Source: Antedon mediterranea
Taxonomy: Eukaryota > Animalia > Echinodermata
Assembly (NCBI RefSeq): GCF_964355755.1
Contig: NC_092673.1
Coordinates: forward strand, 13,178,948 to 13,242,947
Direction: 5' to 3'
DNA length: 64,000 nucleotides
The position numbers and the translations under genes were made by a program. Below are positions 1 through 13,471 of this stretch, one piece after another (position 1 is the stretch's first letter; each line of letters opens with the position of its first letter). The notes below the pieces were generated by a model. It was not told the DNA's origin. It did no database searches and saw only the letters and a program-made list of their open reading frames with translations.

Positions 1-1589
1 TTGTAAAAGTTATCTTCTTTTCTTTACCCCTTCCGTATAATATCAATACAATAACAGCTTAAATAACACTTTATTTCTATTTTGTAGTGAAGGCACACAT
101 TTGCAGAAGGTTAATATAGATGTTGATGAATTTTTTAGCCATCCTCTCTCTGGCAATGATACAGCTTTCAAGTCAGCCCGTGAGACCGTAATTAATGGAC
201 TTTTGACTGCTCTACAGGAGAGGTTTTCCGACACAAATGAAGGAATCTTCAAAGCTAGCCATATAGTAAAGTTTACTTCATGGCCACATTCTGATTCAAC
301 TACAGAAATAAATGGTAATTCCTGTTGTTTTCTTAAAAACCACCATGATTCAGAATGATTATTATTAAAAATGTGTACTTAAAGTAAAGTATGATGAACT
401 TTTTCTGTTAAATCTTAGTAACTAAGTTTCATTGTGCTAATTTAGAATTTGGTCATGCTGAACTCAAAATAGTTACTGATCACTATCGCAGTATCCTACA
501 GACAGCTAAAGTATCATTAGATGAAGTTGATAGCGAGTGGACGTCACTAAAAAGTGTAATCTATGATGAGAAGTGAGTAATAACTATCATTATTTACTGA
601 ATGCTTTATTACAACTTTAATCAAACCGACATAATAATTATTTTTTTCATACACAGTGAAGCAGCGGATATCCCAACATTGACGTGGGCAGCAGTCAACA
701 GAAAGTATCAGGAATGCCACCAGAATTTACTTTCTGTTGTTGACTTGCTGCTCACTTTGCCTGCATCAAGTGCAGAAGTCGAGAGGAGATTTTCACAAAT
801 GAAAATGCTGAAAACCAAACTTAGAAGCTCATTAAGCGAAAAGCGACTAAATGATCTGCTCTCCATCAAAATGTTGAGTAATAATATTGAATCATTCAAC
901 CCAATTCCAGCCATAGAGTTATGGAATTCAATGGGTAGTAGGACAAGGCGACCAAATATCCAAGACAAGACTGCAGCAACCTCTACTGCAGGCAGAGTTG
1001 CATTGCCAGTATTAGGTATAAACAATTAAAGACAATAATTTATTGATATATTCAGGGACCTTAAATAATAATTGAATAACAATATACTTAAACTGTTGTA
1101 CAGACTGTACAGTGTTTTCATTCACTGGCCCACCAATAAGATAATGAACCTCACGAAATAATAAATCATGATCTATTCATTTTTTTCAGATGAAGTGGTT
1201 GAGCCTGATTTACAGGATGTATCATCATCATCATCATCATCAGATGATGATGAATTTGATGATGAAGAAGGTTCAGATTTTGAAGATGATGAGTTTGCCT
1301 AGCACAAACTTCAGGAAAACTGCATGAGGAATTACTAGCTGTCTATCATCAGACATCACCATAATAATAATTGATTTTGATGACAATTTACAAGTAGAAA
1401 TGATTGGAATAAAGTTACAATTTAATTTACTATGGTCTAGTAGAGTGTTATTTTCTTGAATTTTTTAGTCTGAATTGCGCAATATTACTTTTGATAAACA
1501 GGGCCAGTAAATTCTACTAAGGGCCACCATCAATTAATTCCAACTGGCCCTGCTGGCCATCTTGGTTTAAAGGTTAATATTCAGCCCTG
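1..1589 (+). mobile_element. 3' part of a hAT DNA transposon (ZNF862-like transposase, spliced), including the right terminus
   Basis: hATC dimerisation motif LLLTLPASSAEVERRFSQMK...RSSL in ORF 601..1029. Exon-like blocks at about 87-315, 445-572, 657-990 and 1190-1302 (acidic tail, TAG 1300-1302). AATAAA at 1408. Subterminal GGGCCAG/CTGGCCC motifs at 1500-1560 and end CAGCCCTG at 1582-1589. Confidence 0.8.
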
Positions 1590-2849
1590 ATGTATGGTCG
1601 TACGCGCTAGATAGTACGATATTTTAACTACTTTTTTTACATGTTTGGTTGGATGTAGCCTAGGCTAATAGAAATAACAAATATTTGATCTGATGGAATG
1701 ATATGTAAATAAACAAATACTAAAAGGAATTATGTTTACAACAGTTCAATTATTTTCAGAATAATAATACATAAAAATGATACCAATGGACAAATAATCC
1801 CATAATCGCGTCAATGACATAGCGCGCATGGTAACGTACGCGGAGAGTTGAATCGTGGCAATAACAATGGAGTCAACTCCCGAGATCTTGGTAACCCTAA
1901 TTAATTGTTTTATACCTCCATGGTTGTTACACACTAGCGTGATTGTAAGATGGTTATTTTATGGCTCTACGCCTGCTAGGCCTAGATCGGCATATTTTTC
2001 TAACTTACCAAATTTATATTCATACAAAGTTGCATTAATGTCGGTACACAGAATCAGGTCCAACTGACAAACCCTGAAGAGTGGTTGAAGACATACCGTA
2101 ATAAGTAGGCCTAGCTAGGAGCCTACAGTTAACTCACGTCACACAGGCCTGCCCTTTAGAGTTTTGGTGATCACTGATAAACTTCTTCTCATCATAGCGC
2201 ACCGTCCGTACCACACAGGAACTCACTGTATTATTATTAACTTCTTGCTTCTTTCAATCAATTCATCTGGTTGATGGAGACACATAATGGACTTATTTTG
2301 TACTCTTTTTTTCATATATTCATGGTAAAACCAGCTGGTGAAACCCAAACTCAAACTAAACCACACCAAATACTATTTTGTCTTCTTGTTTGTTACCAGA
2401 TCATCCCCCTCCTCGGCCGAGCGAGCTCCCTCTGGCCTCCTCATCCTTTAATTCCTTGTGGCGGGCTGCTTCCTCCTCCTCCCAATCACACGTCGGCGAT
2501 ATGTCTATGGGCGGCTATCGACCATATAATAAATATTTAAAGTCTTTTTTGTAGGTTCGTTCACTTATTTCTTAAACAACATTATGATATTCATTCAAAT
2601 ACTATACTGTATACGAAAATGCAGTAATTTACTGTAGCTGAACTTTGTTAAGCCTACATTTTTTTTAAACATTTTTTTCTTCACTGTCTATTACTAACGT
2701 TATTATATACAATATTTTAGAGTATTTGTTTAAGTTTTGGGATTTCATCTAATATCACGACGTCAGAGATAACTAGGCCCTGTTCTCATCCAGTTGAAAT
2801 AGTAATGATCCACTACAATTTAATTAAATATTTACGAGGTCCTGCTCAC

Positions 2850-5070
2850 AAAAATACAATATGGAAAATGTGGAAGACATATTTTGAACTCAATATGTAA
2901 GAGAACCTACAAGAGTTCGTATAAATCAAGAAGCCAGTTTATTAGATTTAGTGTTATCAAAGGATGAGAACGTAATTGATGATCTGGAAATATCCCCTCC
3001 TTTTGGTAAAAGCGACCATGCTGTTATTACATTTAAATTGAGGATTAAAGAGGCTATAAAGGAATGTGAAATACCTTATATGAGGAATTATTATAAAGCC
3101 AATTACGATCAAATAAGGGAAGAATTTTCAAATTTTAATATCAAAGAGGAATGTCTTGACGCAACGGGTGAAGAGTTATCTCAAAAGATTGAAAAAGCTA
3201 TAAATATATGTATTGAGAAATATGTGCCATTACGGAAAAAGAGACTATTAAATAGGAAGGAGTAGGGTAAATATCGAGCTGAAAAAGGAGATCAATCTAA
3301 AACATAATTTGTGGAACCGATCTCAAAAAAAGCGAGATGAAAAAACATGGAATAATTATGCTAAGCAACGGAATTTTGTTACAGGGTTAGTAAAGCAAGG
3401 AAAAAAGAGTTATGAAACTAAAATTGCCACAGAAATAAAAGTGAACCCCAAAAACTTTTGGAAATATGTACAAAGCAAAACGAAATCGAGACTAGATATT
3501 GCGTGTGTGAAGAATAATCTAGGTGAGATGGTGTCTGATGATTATGGGAAAGCAAAAGTGTTCAATAAAGCTTTTGCTTCAGTTTTTACGTTGGAGGACG
3601 TTCTTAATATTCCTGACTTACCATCCCGCTTCTCTCTGACCCTGAATTGGTTACTGTGAAATTCTCAACAATGATATAGAATCCTATTTACGGCGCCTGG
3701 ATATCTCCGGGACCTGATGGATTACATTCAAGAGTGCTCAAAGAACTAAGTAGTGAACTTATTAAGCCCTATTTTACAAGATATGTTTTCAAAATTACAG
3801 ACCAGTCAGCCTTACATCTATAATGTGCAAGACCATGGAGACGTTTGTAAGAAATGCCTTGATGAATCACATCACATTGCATCTTTCTAGATTTAAAAAA
3901 AGCGTTCGACAGTGTACCACATGAAAGGCTGTTAAACAAATTACAGGCATATGGCATTGGAGGAAATTTATTAAACTGGATTAGAGCATTTATTTCTGGA
4001 CGGTCACAACAGGTGGTGTTAAATGGAGTTCATTCAGAAAGCTTGAGAGTTAGTAGTGGAGTCCCACATGGCAGCGTGCTTGGTCCTGCACTGTTCAATA
4101 TATTTATTAATGATCTCCCCGAAGGAGTTAGTTCAAAAGTAAAAATGTTTGCAGATGATACCAAAATGTACAACTTGGTGAACAGTGTTATGTGGAAGAA
4201 TCAAATGGATTACAGGAAGATCTGAATAAATTATTTGCATAGTCTGAGAAATGGCAACTTCCTTTCAATCTAATGAAATGTAAAATTAGGCCTATTGGTT
4301 TTTGGGAAGAAAGAATAGGAATGTTGTTTATCATATGGGTAGGCCTACTGATCAAAGAAGAATTCCAATTCAATCAGTGGAATCAATAGCAGTTTTGGGA
4401 ATCATACTTGACAACAAACTGTCCTTTAGATTACATGTTGCACAGAAGGCTTCTATGGCAAATAGAAAATTAGGAATGATAAAACGAACGTTTTATTATC
4501 TGGATAACTATTCTTTCATGCAGCTGTATAAAACCATAATCAGGCCGTCAATTGAGTATTGCAGCCCTGTTTGGCAACATATATATCATAAAGAGTCAGA
4601 CAAGCTTGAAAAAGTGCAACAGAGAGCAACCCGTTTGGTGCCAGAAATTAGAAGAGATGCCTAACAGGATAGATTGAAACAACTACAGTTACCTACTCTT
4701 CATTTCAGAAGGACGAGATCTGCTCTAATTTGCAGTCACATTGATAACACTGATGCCAGAAATCTGTTCACTTTAGTAGGAGAGTTCAGAACTAGAGGCC
4801 ATAAATGGAAAATGAATAAAGACATATCTCATTTAAGAATCAGGAAAAAGTTCTTCACACAAAACATATGCAACGTCTGGAATAAATTACCGCCAACCGT
4901 CATAGAATCTGACTCAATCAATCAATTCAAGTCAAGGCTGGAAAAACACTTGTCTTCTTTCTGCAAGTTTGTCTCCTATAGGCCTAGTAGACAAGATAAT
5001 ATATAGAAACACGTCGAGGGACACACAAGCTTTGGCTTTATAAGTCTCAACATCAAGTAAATCAAGTAAT
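2850..5070 (+). mobile_element. 5'-truncated, degenerate CR1-clade LINE (end of endonuclease plus RT)
   Basis: Broken ORFs with GKSDH, NPKNFWKYV, LDLKKAFDSVPH, GVPHGSVLGPALFNIFINDL, FADDTK, IRPSIEYCSPVW, LEKVQQRATRLV and TRGHKWK. Short-repeat tail TCAAGTAAATCAAGTAA at about 5053-5069. Confidence 0.9.
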
Positions 5071-5604
5071 TAATCTAAATTAAATTTTCCATCTCAGAGA
5101 GAAAAGTCAGGAAAAGGGAAGCAAATAAACAACAGTTGTTTTGAATTATTACACTATTGCTTTGTGGCAATCAATTGAAGATGCTATATGTCAGAATTTT
5201 GATGACAATTCAGATATACCAACCAAAGCACAGTAACAAAATCGGTATAACAACGTAAACATACATGATATGTTACTTTTAATTCTTAACATAATATTAT
5301 TCAAGCCGCGCACACTTATTAGGTTTATGATTTAAGATAAATTTTACAGCCAACATTTTTTTTTGTTTAGCACTGGAAAGAGAATTATAAATAGTATGCG
5401 TCTCTAAGCCATTAATGGAAATATATTCCTATCAGGAATTGAGGATGGCAATGGTAAAAATAGTAAAAATAAACATTTAGCGAAGAAAATTATGAATATT
5501 GAATGACTAATAAATAAATAAGAAATACGTGGTAGGCCTACGAAGAAGAACAAATGTTTATTTAATTCCTGTTCAAAGTTATGACACTCTCTACCAGAAA
5601 AGGT

Positions 5605-5745
5605 CGGGTGGCCAAAGACCGGGTGGCATGGCCGAGTAGCAACAGGCACGCATAGGCCGGGTAGCAACAGAGGCACGCATAGGCCGGGTGGCAAAAGGCA
5701 CGCATAGGCGCGGCCGGGTGGCAAAAGGCAGCTGGCAAAGCCTGC
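5605..5745. repeat. GC-rich minisatellite, about 26-30 bp unit (AGGCACGCATAGGCCGGGTRGCAA)
   Basis: Three to four imperfect tandem copies are visible directly. Confidence 0.75.
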
Positions 5746-5889
5746 AGCAGTAGAGTAAATTGCATCCCACAAAATAAGAGAGAGTTTATGGTTTGGTGGT
5801 ATGCTTGGCTACTATAATCCAATTGTCATGTCATGTCAGGATTTGTTCTAATGACAACTCCACTCCCAAAGACTAGTGTTTGTTGTTGT

Positions 5890-6500
5890 AGAATTGATGT
5901 TCGTAAAGATTGCAGAAACAGATAAATGGTCAGATGATATCACATGTAATCAAGAATGTATTGAATTACTGAAAAAAGTTGGTAGAAAAGTCATCTATCG
6001 AAACGTCCGATTTGGACAGATCAAAGGATCCTAGCAAAATACATTGATGTTTTTTATTTTAACAGAATTAAGAATATCTATTAACCAACTCTGAAATTCA
6101 TGTATAATATACGGTAAGTAGTATTTGGCTTTCTTACACTCACTTTAGTTTTCCACGTGTATGCAGAACCAGTCCATGGTGTATTAGGCCTATAGCTCTC
6201 CGTCTTTTTGTAAATCAGCAATGGTTAATTTTACCAAGGGATACGATGCGCTCGCTCAACTTCTATTTCTTTATCATTTTTTGACAGCGATCAGTATAGG
6301 TCTATATAAAATATCAGTAAGTCCAAGAGTATTCCAACACACCAAAAGAACAATACTATTTCGCCTAAGATCTATTTTCCAAATCATGTAACCTTTTTAA
6401 GCTTCAGTAACGTATAGGCCTAATTGTCAACTTGCTTTTAGTTTCTTCTAGATCGCTTATTAAAGAATTAATTCCTACCTCAATTTGGTTTTCTTAATTT
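5890..6500 (-). mobile_element. Highly degenerate LINE fragment with L1-type ORF1 and possible endonuclease remnants
   Basis: Minus strand reads DLENRS(fs)RRNSIVLL at 6341-6385 and EIEVERAHRIP at about 6238-6270, both typical L1-like ORF1 motifs. CILLG and SSDH-like remnants lie further downstream. Confidence 0.55.
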
Positions 6501-6519
6501 CATTCTAATGATCCCTTTG

Positions 6520-6621
6520 TTTTTAGTCGCGTGCAACGCGACTTTACAGCTCACTATGTCGATCGGTTGGTCGGTTGGTTGGTCAGTCGGTCGGTAAACA
6601 CTAACTTGTATATGGCCTTGT
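6520..6621 (+). mobile_element. Short Helentron-associated (HINE/DINE-like) non-autonomous element
   Basis: T-run, then hairpin AGTCGCGTGCAACGCGACT, then a (GTCG/GTTG)n microsatellite, ending TATGGCCTTGT. Confidence 0.55.
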
Positions 6622-8816
6622 CTTGACATCAGTTTCATCTGCTAAGTGTTCAGAGTATATTCCTTGTGGTCAGGACTCGATGTGGTTATGTTTTTCACGG
6701 TGCACAATCAAAAATTGTTTTCTTCTTTTGGAAGATGGTTTGATCAGGGAGATGTTATTAGATGTTATTTTACATCTCCCTGGTTTGATGGTAACATGAA
6801 AAATGTAGGCATCCATTTTGATTAATAGCTTTAGTAGTTATAGCTTTAATAGATATTGTTTCCAAATGAAACTAACATAACATAACAACAAAATTGAATA
6901 CAAATTAATTGTCCGCCTTTACCATTTTTCGTTGAAGTATAACATAATAATGAGAAAAATCGACTGTAAAATGTATTATAATAAGAAAGTGATAATAGAA
7001 TTCAAATTAAAATATGAATTACTATCACTTTCATCTTTGACAAAATAATAATAATAATAATAATAATGATTTTTTAATGTTTCACTTTCGGAAAAAATGC
7101 AAGAATTTAAAACTGAGATAATTCATACGTTTAGAATATGAAGGAAGTTTAAATGCCACATTTATACCATACGTATGCAAGCAAATACATACGCAAATAA
7201 GTAATTTACAAAAAAAGCAACACATGAACAAAACTAGCCAATTAAATACGAGATGAAGACAAATTAATAATAGTGGTACAGGACTTTTTCGTAATGTTAG
7301 AAGAATTTTTTTACACAATTTGAAACTTTTAACTTAAAAGTTATTAAATAAAACAAAAATGAGATTAAACAGAAATAAAGAAAAAGGACGCTTTATATGT
7401 ATGTGTGTATTGTGATGTATTATGGTCAGAACGGTTTGAATTTAAGGAGATATGCTGCTTACATCATGCATAAGTTATTATGTATAAATAATAATAATAA
7501 TTTATTTGGAGTTTACACTTTTACAACAGTGGCACTTGACCAAGTGGAAGGTGCATCCATAAGAAATAACAACAACAACAAATTATGATATAGTAAACTA
7601 CAATTACAATAAAAATGTAGGTCAACATGTCAAAACAATTCAACTACAGTAACTACAATACCATAGATGATAATCACTACAGTAGCAGGAAACCCACTGA
7701 AACCTAAAAATACAAAAATACAAGAAATAAACATAGGATAAATTATGAATTGTACAATATAAAATGAATTGGGCAACAACAATGTAGACCTATCCCTATA
7801 ATGAAATAGATATCAATCATTTGGTTTAATTGATATGAACATTTACTTGCTTAGAACAACACATCTGTGTGCCCATGCTCTTTTAACATAGTGCTTACAA
7901 TAACGATCAAAGACATTTGATATGGAATCGACGTCATACATATAATATTAGTTCCACCTAATACAAGATATAATTTGGTGTTCAGGTCACCAGAGATAAA
8001 AATCTTCCTATACATCTAAATGATTGACATTGATTAACATAATATTCTAATTTGGTATATTCTTCAATCCTTATGCCATTGAGTTGGTTACATGTGAATA
8101 GAAAATGTTCAATGTCTTCTCAACCATTCTTACACATTTTACAGACTAGAGGGTGAGCTCGCTTCGCTCGCTCTCCCTCTAGGAAGTGTAGACGATGGTT
8201 CTCGGAATGATAAAAATGTTCTCCTTGTACGTTTTCTGTCGGTTACCATTATTGAAAATGCTTGACATTCGTAAAACTAAACTACTCTGTTTCACAGTGT
8301 TTTAAAGTATAGTGTTTATTTTTTGCTATAGAGGGCCCTTTAGGGAGGCGGAGTTCATTTGAGGGAGGTGCTTATATTCGAGGGATATATGTTAATTTTT
8401 TAGTTTTAATAATATGGTAACATTTATAATCAAATGAAATCCTCTAATAGATATGAAAAGTGGTAAAAAAGAATAACAAATGCTTGGTAAATTGTAGATA
8501 ACAGTGCGATGAATTGTACTACAAATAGTATAATGATTATTATTCAAAGTGATGTTTTATTGGAGAGGCGTTTATTCAAATAAATACCATCCTAATAATT
8601 ATTAATACATTATTTAATTTAAACATCTTTTGAAACTAACTGCCGTGACAGAGTGGGCACAAGAAAGAAGACATTACGGCTATTTCCCACAATATATTCC
8701 GATTCTTTATGGGGTATATTTAATTTGATCTTTATTAATTTGCAGTATAAATTTTATTTTTAACTACTGTACCTTCACACACGCGCGGTCCGTTTCTAAA
8801 ATATAAAAAAACTGAA

Positions 8817-9945
8817 ATGGCTATGCAACAAACAAGTACGATTATAGATCACGTAATTTGTAACAAACCTGATAGGATATCTCAGTTTGGCACTATAGAT
8901 CTTGGAATAAGTGACCATGTTCTTATTTATTGTACACGGAAAATTTTGCGAAGTTCTATTAATAAACACAATAATGTAACAATTAGCCTAGGTCTCTAAG
9001 GAAATACACTACCACCGCGTTTATATCTAAGCTATCAGATATTGATTGGTCAAGTATATATAATCTTAATGATGTTAATCTTGCTTGGTTAAATTTAAGT
9101 CAATAATGAATAATGCTATTGATGAGATTGCCCCTTTAAAAGAGGTAAGACTAAAAAATAGAACCGAACCATGGATAGACCAGGGAGTTGTTATTAGATG
9201 GAGCAGGATAGACGATACAATCCTACAAAATATTCGTCACCGTGACTCATTATTGAGGAAGGTTAAAAGACATAGAAATGAGGAAAAAATATATTCTGAT
9301 TTCTGCAAAATAAGAAACAAAGTCCGTAGAGACATTAAGTGCGCGAAAGCTCAATATTTTAGTAAAAACTTAGAAGAAATTTAAAAAATCCAAAAAAGTT
9401 ATGGGCGCAATTAAAATCTCTGGGATATAGTCAAAAAACAAAGTCTTCACCCCTAATTGTACTAAATATAGAAGATAAAGTTTGCTTTGATAACAATAAA
9501 GTCGCAGAACACTTCAATAGATTCTTCACTAGCGTGTCAAATGATCTGGCTAGTAAACTTCCTAACGGCAGTGCACGTTATAATACAGAATCAGTTAAAT
9601 TCAAACAATTTTATGAAAGAAAGGGAGTGTCCAAAAATAATATGAACCTAATCCCCGTTACAGAGGAATTCGTTCTAAAGGAGCTACAAAGCCTAAATAT
9701 AGCTAAAAGTACTGGTTTAGATAACATTCCTGCACGATTCTTGTGCGATGGTGCAATTGCCATTAAAGGTCCTATCGCACACATTATAAATTTATCAATT
9801 CAAAACGAAACCGTGCCTGAAGACCTCAAAATTGCACGGGTACATCCGGTTTTTAAAAAAAACAACAAGTCTGTGGTAAGCAACTATAGACCAATTAGTA
9901 TTTTAAGTGTAATGTCCAAGGTACTCGAACGAGCTATATATGTTC
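8817..9945 (+). mobile_element. Degenerate L2/Crack-type LINE fragment (endonuclease end to RT start)
   Basis: STIIDHV, ISDHVLIYC, PWID, KSTGLDNIPARFL and NYRPISILSVMSKVLER, with frameshifts. Truncated at about 9945, where TLR sequence begins. Confidence 0.85.
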
Positions 9946-10250
9946 TTCAGTGACGAAATAATGTTGCACTTTATATAGTACGGTAATATTCAACATCAGT
10001 GGGCACCGTATCTTGCGATAGAATAGTTTTCAATCCTTTATTTGAACAGTACACCTTATGAGTGTAATATGATTCCGTTTCTTCCTTACAATATTGACAG
10101 TTACATTGCTTAGGACATCAAATCATCAAGCGACTAAGTTCCATTTTCCAACGGATTGTATTTGTAACACGTTGATTGACCTCTAATTATAGGACAGAAT
10201 ACTACAGAAAGAACGATAGTAACCTGAAGAAAACTCCACATAGTATTCAT
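9945..10250 (-). pseudogene. 5' fragment of a second TLR-like gene (signal peptide plus LRR N-terminal cap)
   Basis: Nucleotide paralog of about 12795-13072. ATG at 10250, hydrophobic leader and CPKQCNCQYC-type cap, with frameshifts. Cut off by the LINE. Confidence 0.7.
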
Positions 10251-10769
10251 AGTATTAATGTATAAACCATTTATGTTGAAAATTCACAAATTGACTGTAA
10301 ATGAAGGCCTACAGTATGTCAATGCGGAAGTGATGATAAAACCGCATTTTAATGTGAATAGATCAATTTCATATTAAACAAACATATGATTTATTAATAT
10401 TTCACTTTCGTATCAATTATAAAATAATTGTAGTTTATTCCAACTACGTAAGAATTGTTATGATGTATACATTAGTATATTCTCGATCTTGTTTCACTAC
10501 CAAAATGATATTCAACGCGACGGTTACGCGACGATACAGCTTCTGTAAATATATCTTGGTGGTACCTTCTTCCCCATTTTAGGTTTATTGTATAATTCTT
10601 TCTAACCCTCTGCAGAAAACATAACATTTTCTATGTAACTAATCCTAAAGCAATCTTTATATTTATTGTTCAATTCCGAAACCTACTATTTATATTATAC
10701 AATTCTCTGTACAGCGATGTTGTGTAACACATTACTGACAGCGGTCAGAAGGCGCCAGCACATTTCACT

Positions 10770-13072
10770 ATTATTATGCCAATACTATGCAAGGTGCCAT
10801 GTATGCAAAGGGTAGGTGCTGCTTTGCTTCTGAACGTGGACTGTACCATTGTTAGGCGTTGGCGGCTTTTTACAGTTGTCCTGTTAATATATTGTGTAAC
10901 AGTACCAGCATGTCTTTGTGTGACACCTTTTCAAGTAATACCACTATCAATATATATTCATGGTTGTCTAACATACGCATATGCGCCATCTCTAACTCGA
11001 AGTTACACCACTCACTTTTGACAACCAGTAAAACCTTCCGACCAAATTTAACAGCGTTTTCAATTTTCGTAGCGATTTCTTCTCCTGGAAGAAAGTCTCG
11101 ATAGTCGACGCATAGTTTAAAATTCCGCTGCTCCTCCAACGATGGCTGTAAAACATCAAGGACCCATTGTGTGTCTTTGCTTTTGTAACAGACAAACAGT
11201 GACGTCATACCGAATATTTTCTCCGTTGATAGTGTAGGAGGTGGTCCTGGTCCTTGGTTACAAATTCGCTGGTAGGGCCTATTGTTTACGAAGTCGTTGG
11301 TTCCAATGATGTTCCGATGATAGGTGTGATGTTTGATAGCTCTTTAAATATGTCCTCTCAAGTAAATGCTTTATGCAAGTCATTGAATTACCAACTTCGT
11401 AACTTGTGGCGCATACGTAAATTTATTACTAAGGATGCATGCCACAATTCCGTCAGGGGACTGATCCTGTCCCGCCTTGACTATGCTAACTCGCTCTTAC
11501 TTGATATGCCCGCGATTGCAGAACAAGGCGGCGCGACTGGTCTTTACGTGTGGACGGGATCAGCCCTCGGATGGTTTATTGGAAGATCTTCATTGGCTTC
11601 AAATAAAAAAAAAATATTGTACAAAGTTATTGTTTTTGTTTTTAAAATGTATTTACTCTGTTGTTTAAGTTTAACCGTGACCAGCTTTCATTTAATTACA
11701 GGTGTCGACTTCGCTCCTCTAATGATCCCACCCGACTTTTCTTTCCACGACCTAATCGGAAAGCTGGTGACAATGCTTTTTCTGTCGCCGCTCCGCGGAT
11801 CTGGAACGCGCTACCTGTCGATTTGAGATGATCGAATTCGTCAACTTAAAACTTTTCTTTTTAATTAATTACTAAGTATTTTTAGGCGCTCTGTTCTTTG
11901 TAGGGCGCCATATAAAAACCTGTATAGAATAGAATAGAATAGAATACACAATAAGCATCTAGTCGTCCATTTCAATATGACTATGACCAATGGAATTAAG
12001 CTAATACGCTTTTTGAGCTATCCTGGAAAATATTTTATAACTGTATATTTTTGTAATGTCAGTAATTATAATAAATTTCAAAAAACTTAAAGTTTTTTGC
12101 GTAAGCAAAGAAATATTTAAAATACTAATATTACTGATCTTACCTTAAATGTAATCTGTAACAGTAAAGATTGAAAACCATAATTAGAACAATAAGCTCA
12201 AGTGAAGCACAAGGAATTGTAATTCTTAAGATTGTATCCAACTTGCTACAGTGTAGTTTATCGGGATTGAAATTCAACATTGTCGTGTATTCTTTACTAT
12301 CTTTAATGGGCTACATTCTGTGTTGTTAATATCTTTTAAAAATGGTAAAATTCGTTTTCCCAATCCATTTTCTAAACCACACTAAATCACAGTTATACAA
12401 ATATTTGTTGTACGCAACATCTATAAATAGTATTTGGGTAAGATTTTGGAGTCCAACTCTGTGATTGTAGTCAGCAGGTTGTTATCATAGACATTCCTTG
12501 TAATCGCGATAAACCTTTAAATGCGAATAGTGGTATACTGGTAATCTGATTTTCACCTAGATATAAATATTTAAGATCTTATAAATTATGGAAAGTAGTA
12601 TTGTAGATATAATTGTTAAAAGAAATAAGATCATCAAGCCAGGGCAAAAGTTTGTACAGCTGTTGGTTCATCCATAGTTAAATGAATACATTTTTGCAAA
12701 CCACGGAATGCATTAATATCAACGTTAGGATAAATTAGCTTATTGTTATGAAGATTTAATATCGTAGAACAGTTAAATTCTGGAAAGAGTAGTTTTTTAG
12801 TGACGAAATACTGTTGTATTGCAGATAGTAATATTTAACATCATTTGGCACAGTATCTTGCGATGGAATAGCTTTCAATCCTTTATTTGAACAAATACAC
12901 TTTATGATTGTAGTATAATTCCGTTTCATTCTTACAATATGTAGGCCTACAGTTACATTGCTTAGGACATCTTAATCATCTAGCGGCTGAGTTCCATTTA
13001 CCAACTTATTGGGACAGTCCAATGTAAGAAAAAGAACGATAGTAACAGGAAGAAGAGTACACATATATTCAT
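10770..13072 (-). pseudogene. Toll-like receptor pseudogene (signal peptide, LRRNT, few LRRs, LRRCT, TM, intron, TIR)
   Basis: ATG at 13072 with leader MNICVLFFLLLSFFF. CPKQCN...CSNKGLKAIP cap. LRRCT NKYLYNCDLVWFRKWI...LNFNPDKLHC, TM at about 12165-12230, and GT..AG intron at about 12143-12023. TIR FVCY...WV...LE...KLCVDYRDFLPG...SEWCNFELEMA in ORF 10870..11208. Multiple stops and frameshifts plus an L2 insertion. Confidence 0.85.
11300..11945 (+). mobile_element. 3' fragment of an L2-clade LINE inserted in the TLR pseudogene
   Basis: GVMFDSSL, LILSRLDYANSLL, LQNKAARLV, LHWL and FSVAAPRIWNALP. (ATAGA)n tail at about 11923-11945. Confidence 0.85.
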
Positions 13073-13461
13073 AGTGGTAATGTATGAACTCTTTTCGTTG
13101 AAGCATAACGTAATAAGGAGAGAAATCGATTGTAAATGTATTGGAGAAGTGATAATGACATATTGTTATCTCCTTTTTAGGTAATGGCTACTGAACACAT
13201 TTATCTTGTTTAAAGTGATGAAATATGTTTCTGAAAAAAGTTAGGATATGCTGAAAAAACTTGTAGTACACATGTTATCAGTTGATTAATCTATTATGTA
13301 AACAATGCTAATTACTTGTGCAAATAAAGTATAGCAGGATACCTGCTATAATTTAGCAATTTTGACTGGTGACTCTACTTGTAATGAGTCATAATGACAT
13401 ATCGTTATTCATCTCCTTTTTAGGTAATGGTTCAAGCTGGAAAAATAATGACTCATTAATA

Positions 13462-13471
13462 TTTCACTTTC
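13462..13471 (-). promoter_or_regulatory. IRF-E/ISRE-like motif GAAAGTGAAA upstream of the TLR start
   Basis: Exact match to the canonical IRF element. The same motif occurs at 10400-10409 (upstream of the second copy) and at 7080-7089. Function untested. Confidence 0.35.

Noticed and set aside
708-1025. Antisense ORFs here and at 18497..18955, 35243..35611, 37724..38065 and 45388..45951
   Set aside because: They are shadows of coding frames on the opposite strand.
2090-2540. Possible LTR/PBS-like segment (TGGTGAAACCC) and GC-rich patch
   Set aside because: No partner repeat or coding support in the window.
5404-5822. Cys/Pro-rich ORFs
   Set aside because: They are translations of a minisatellite.
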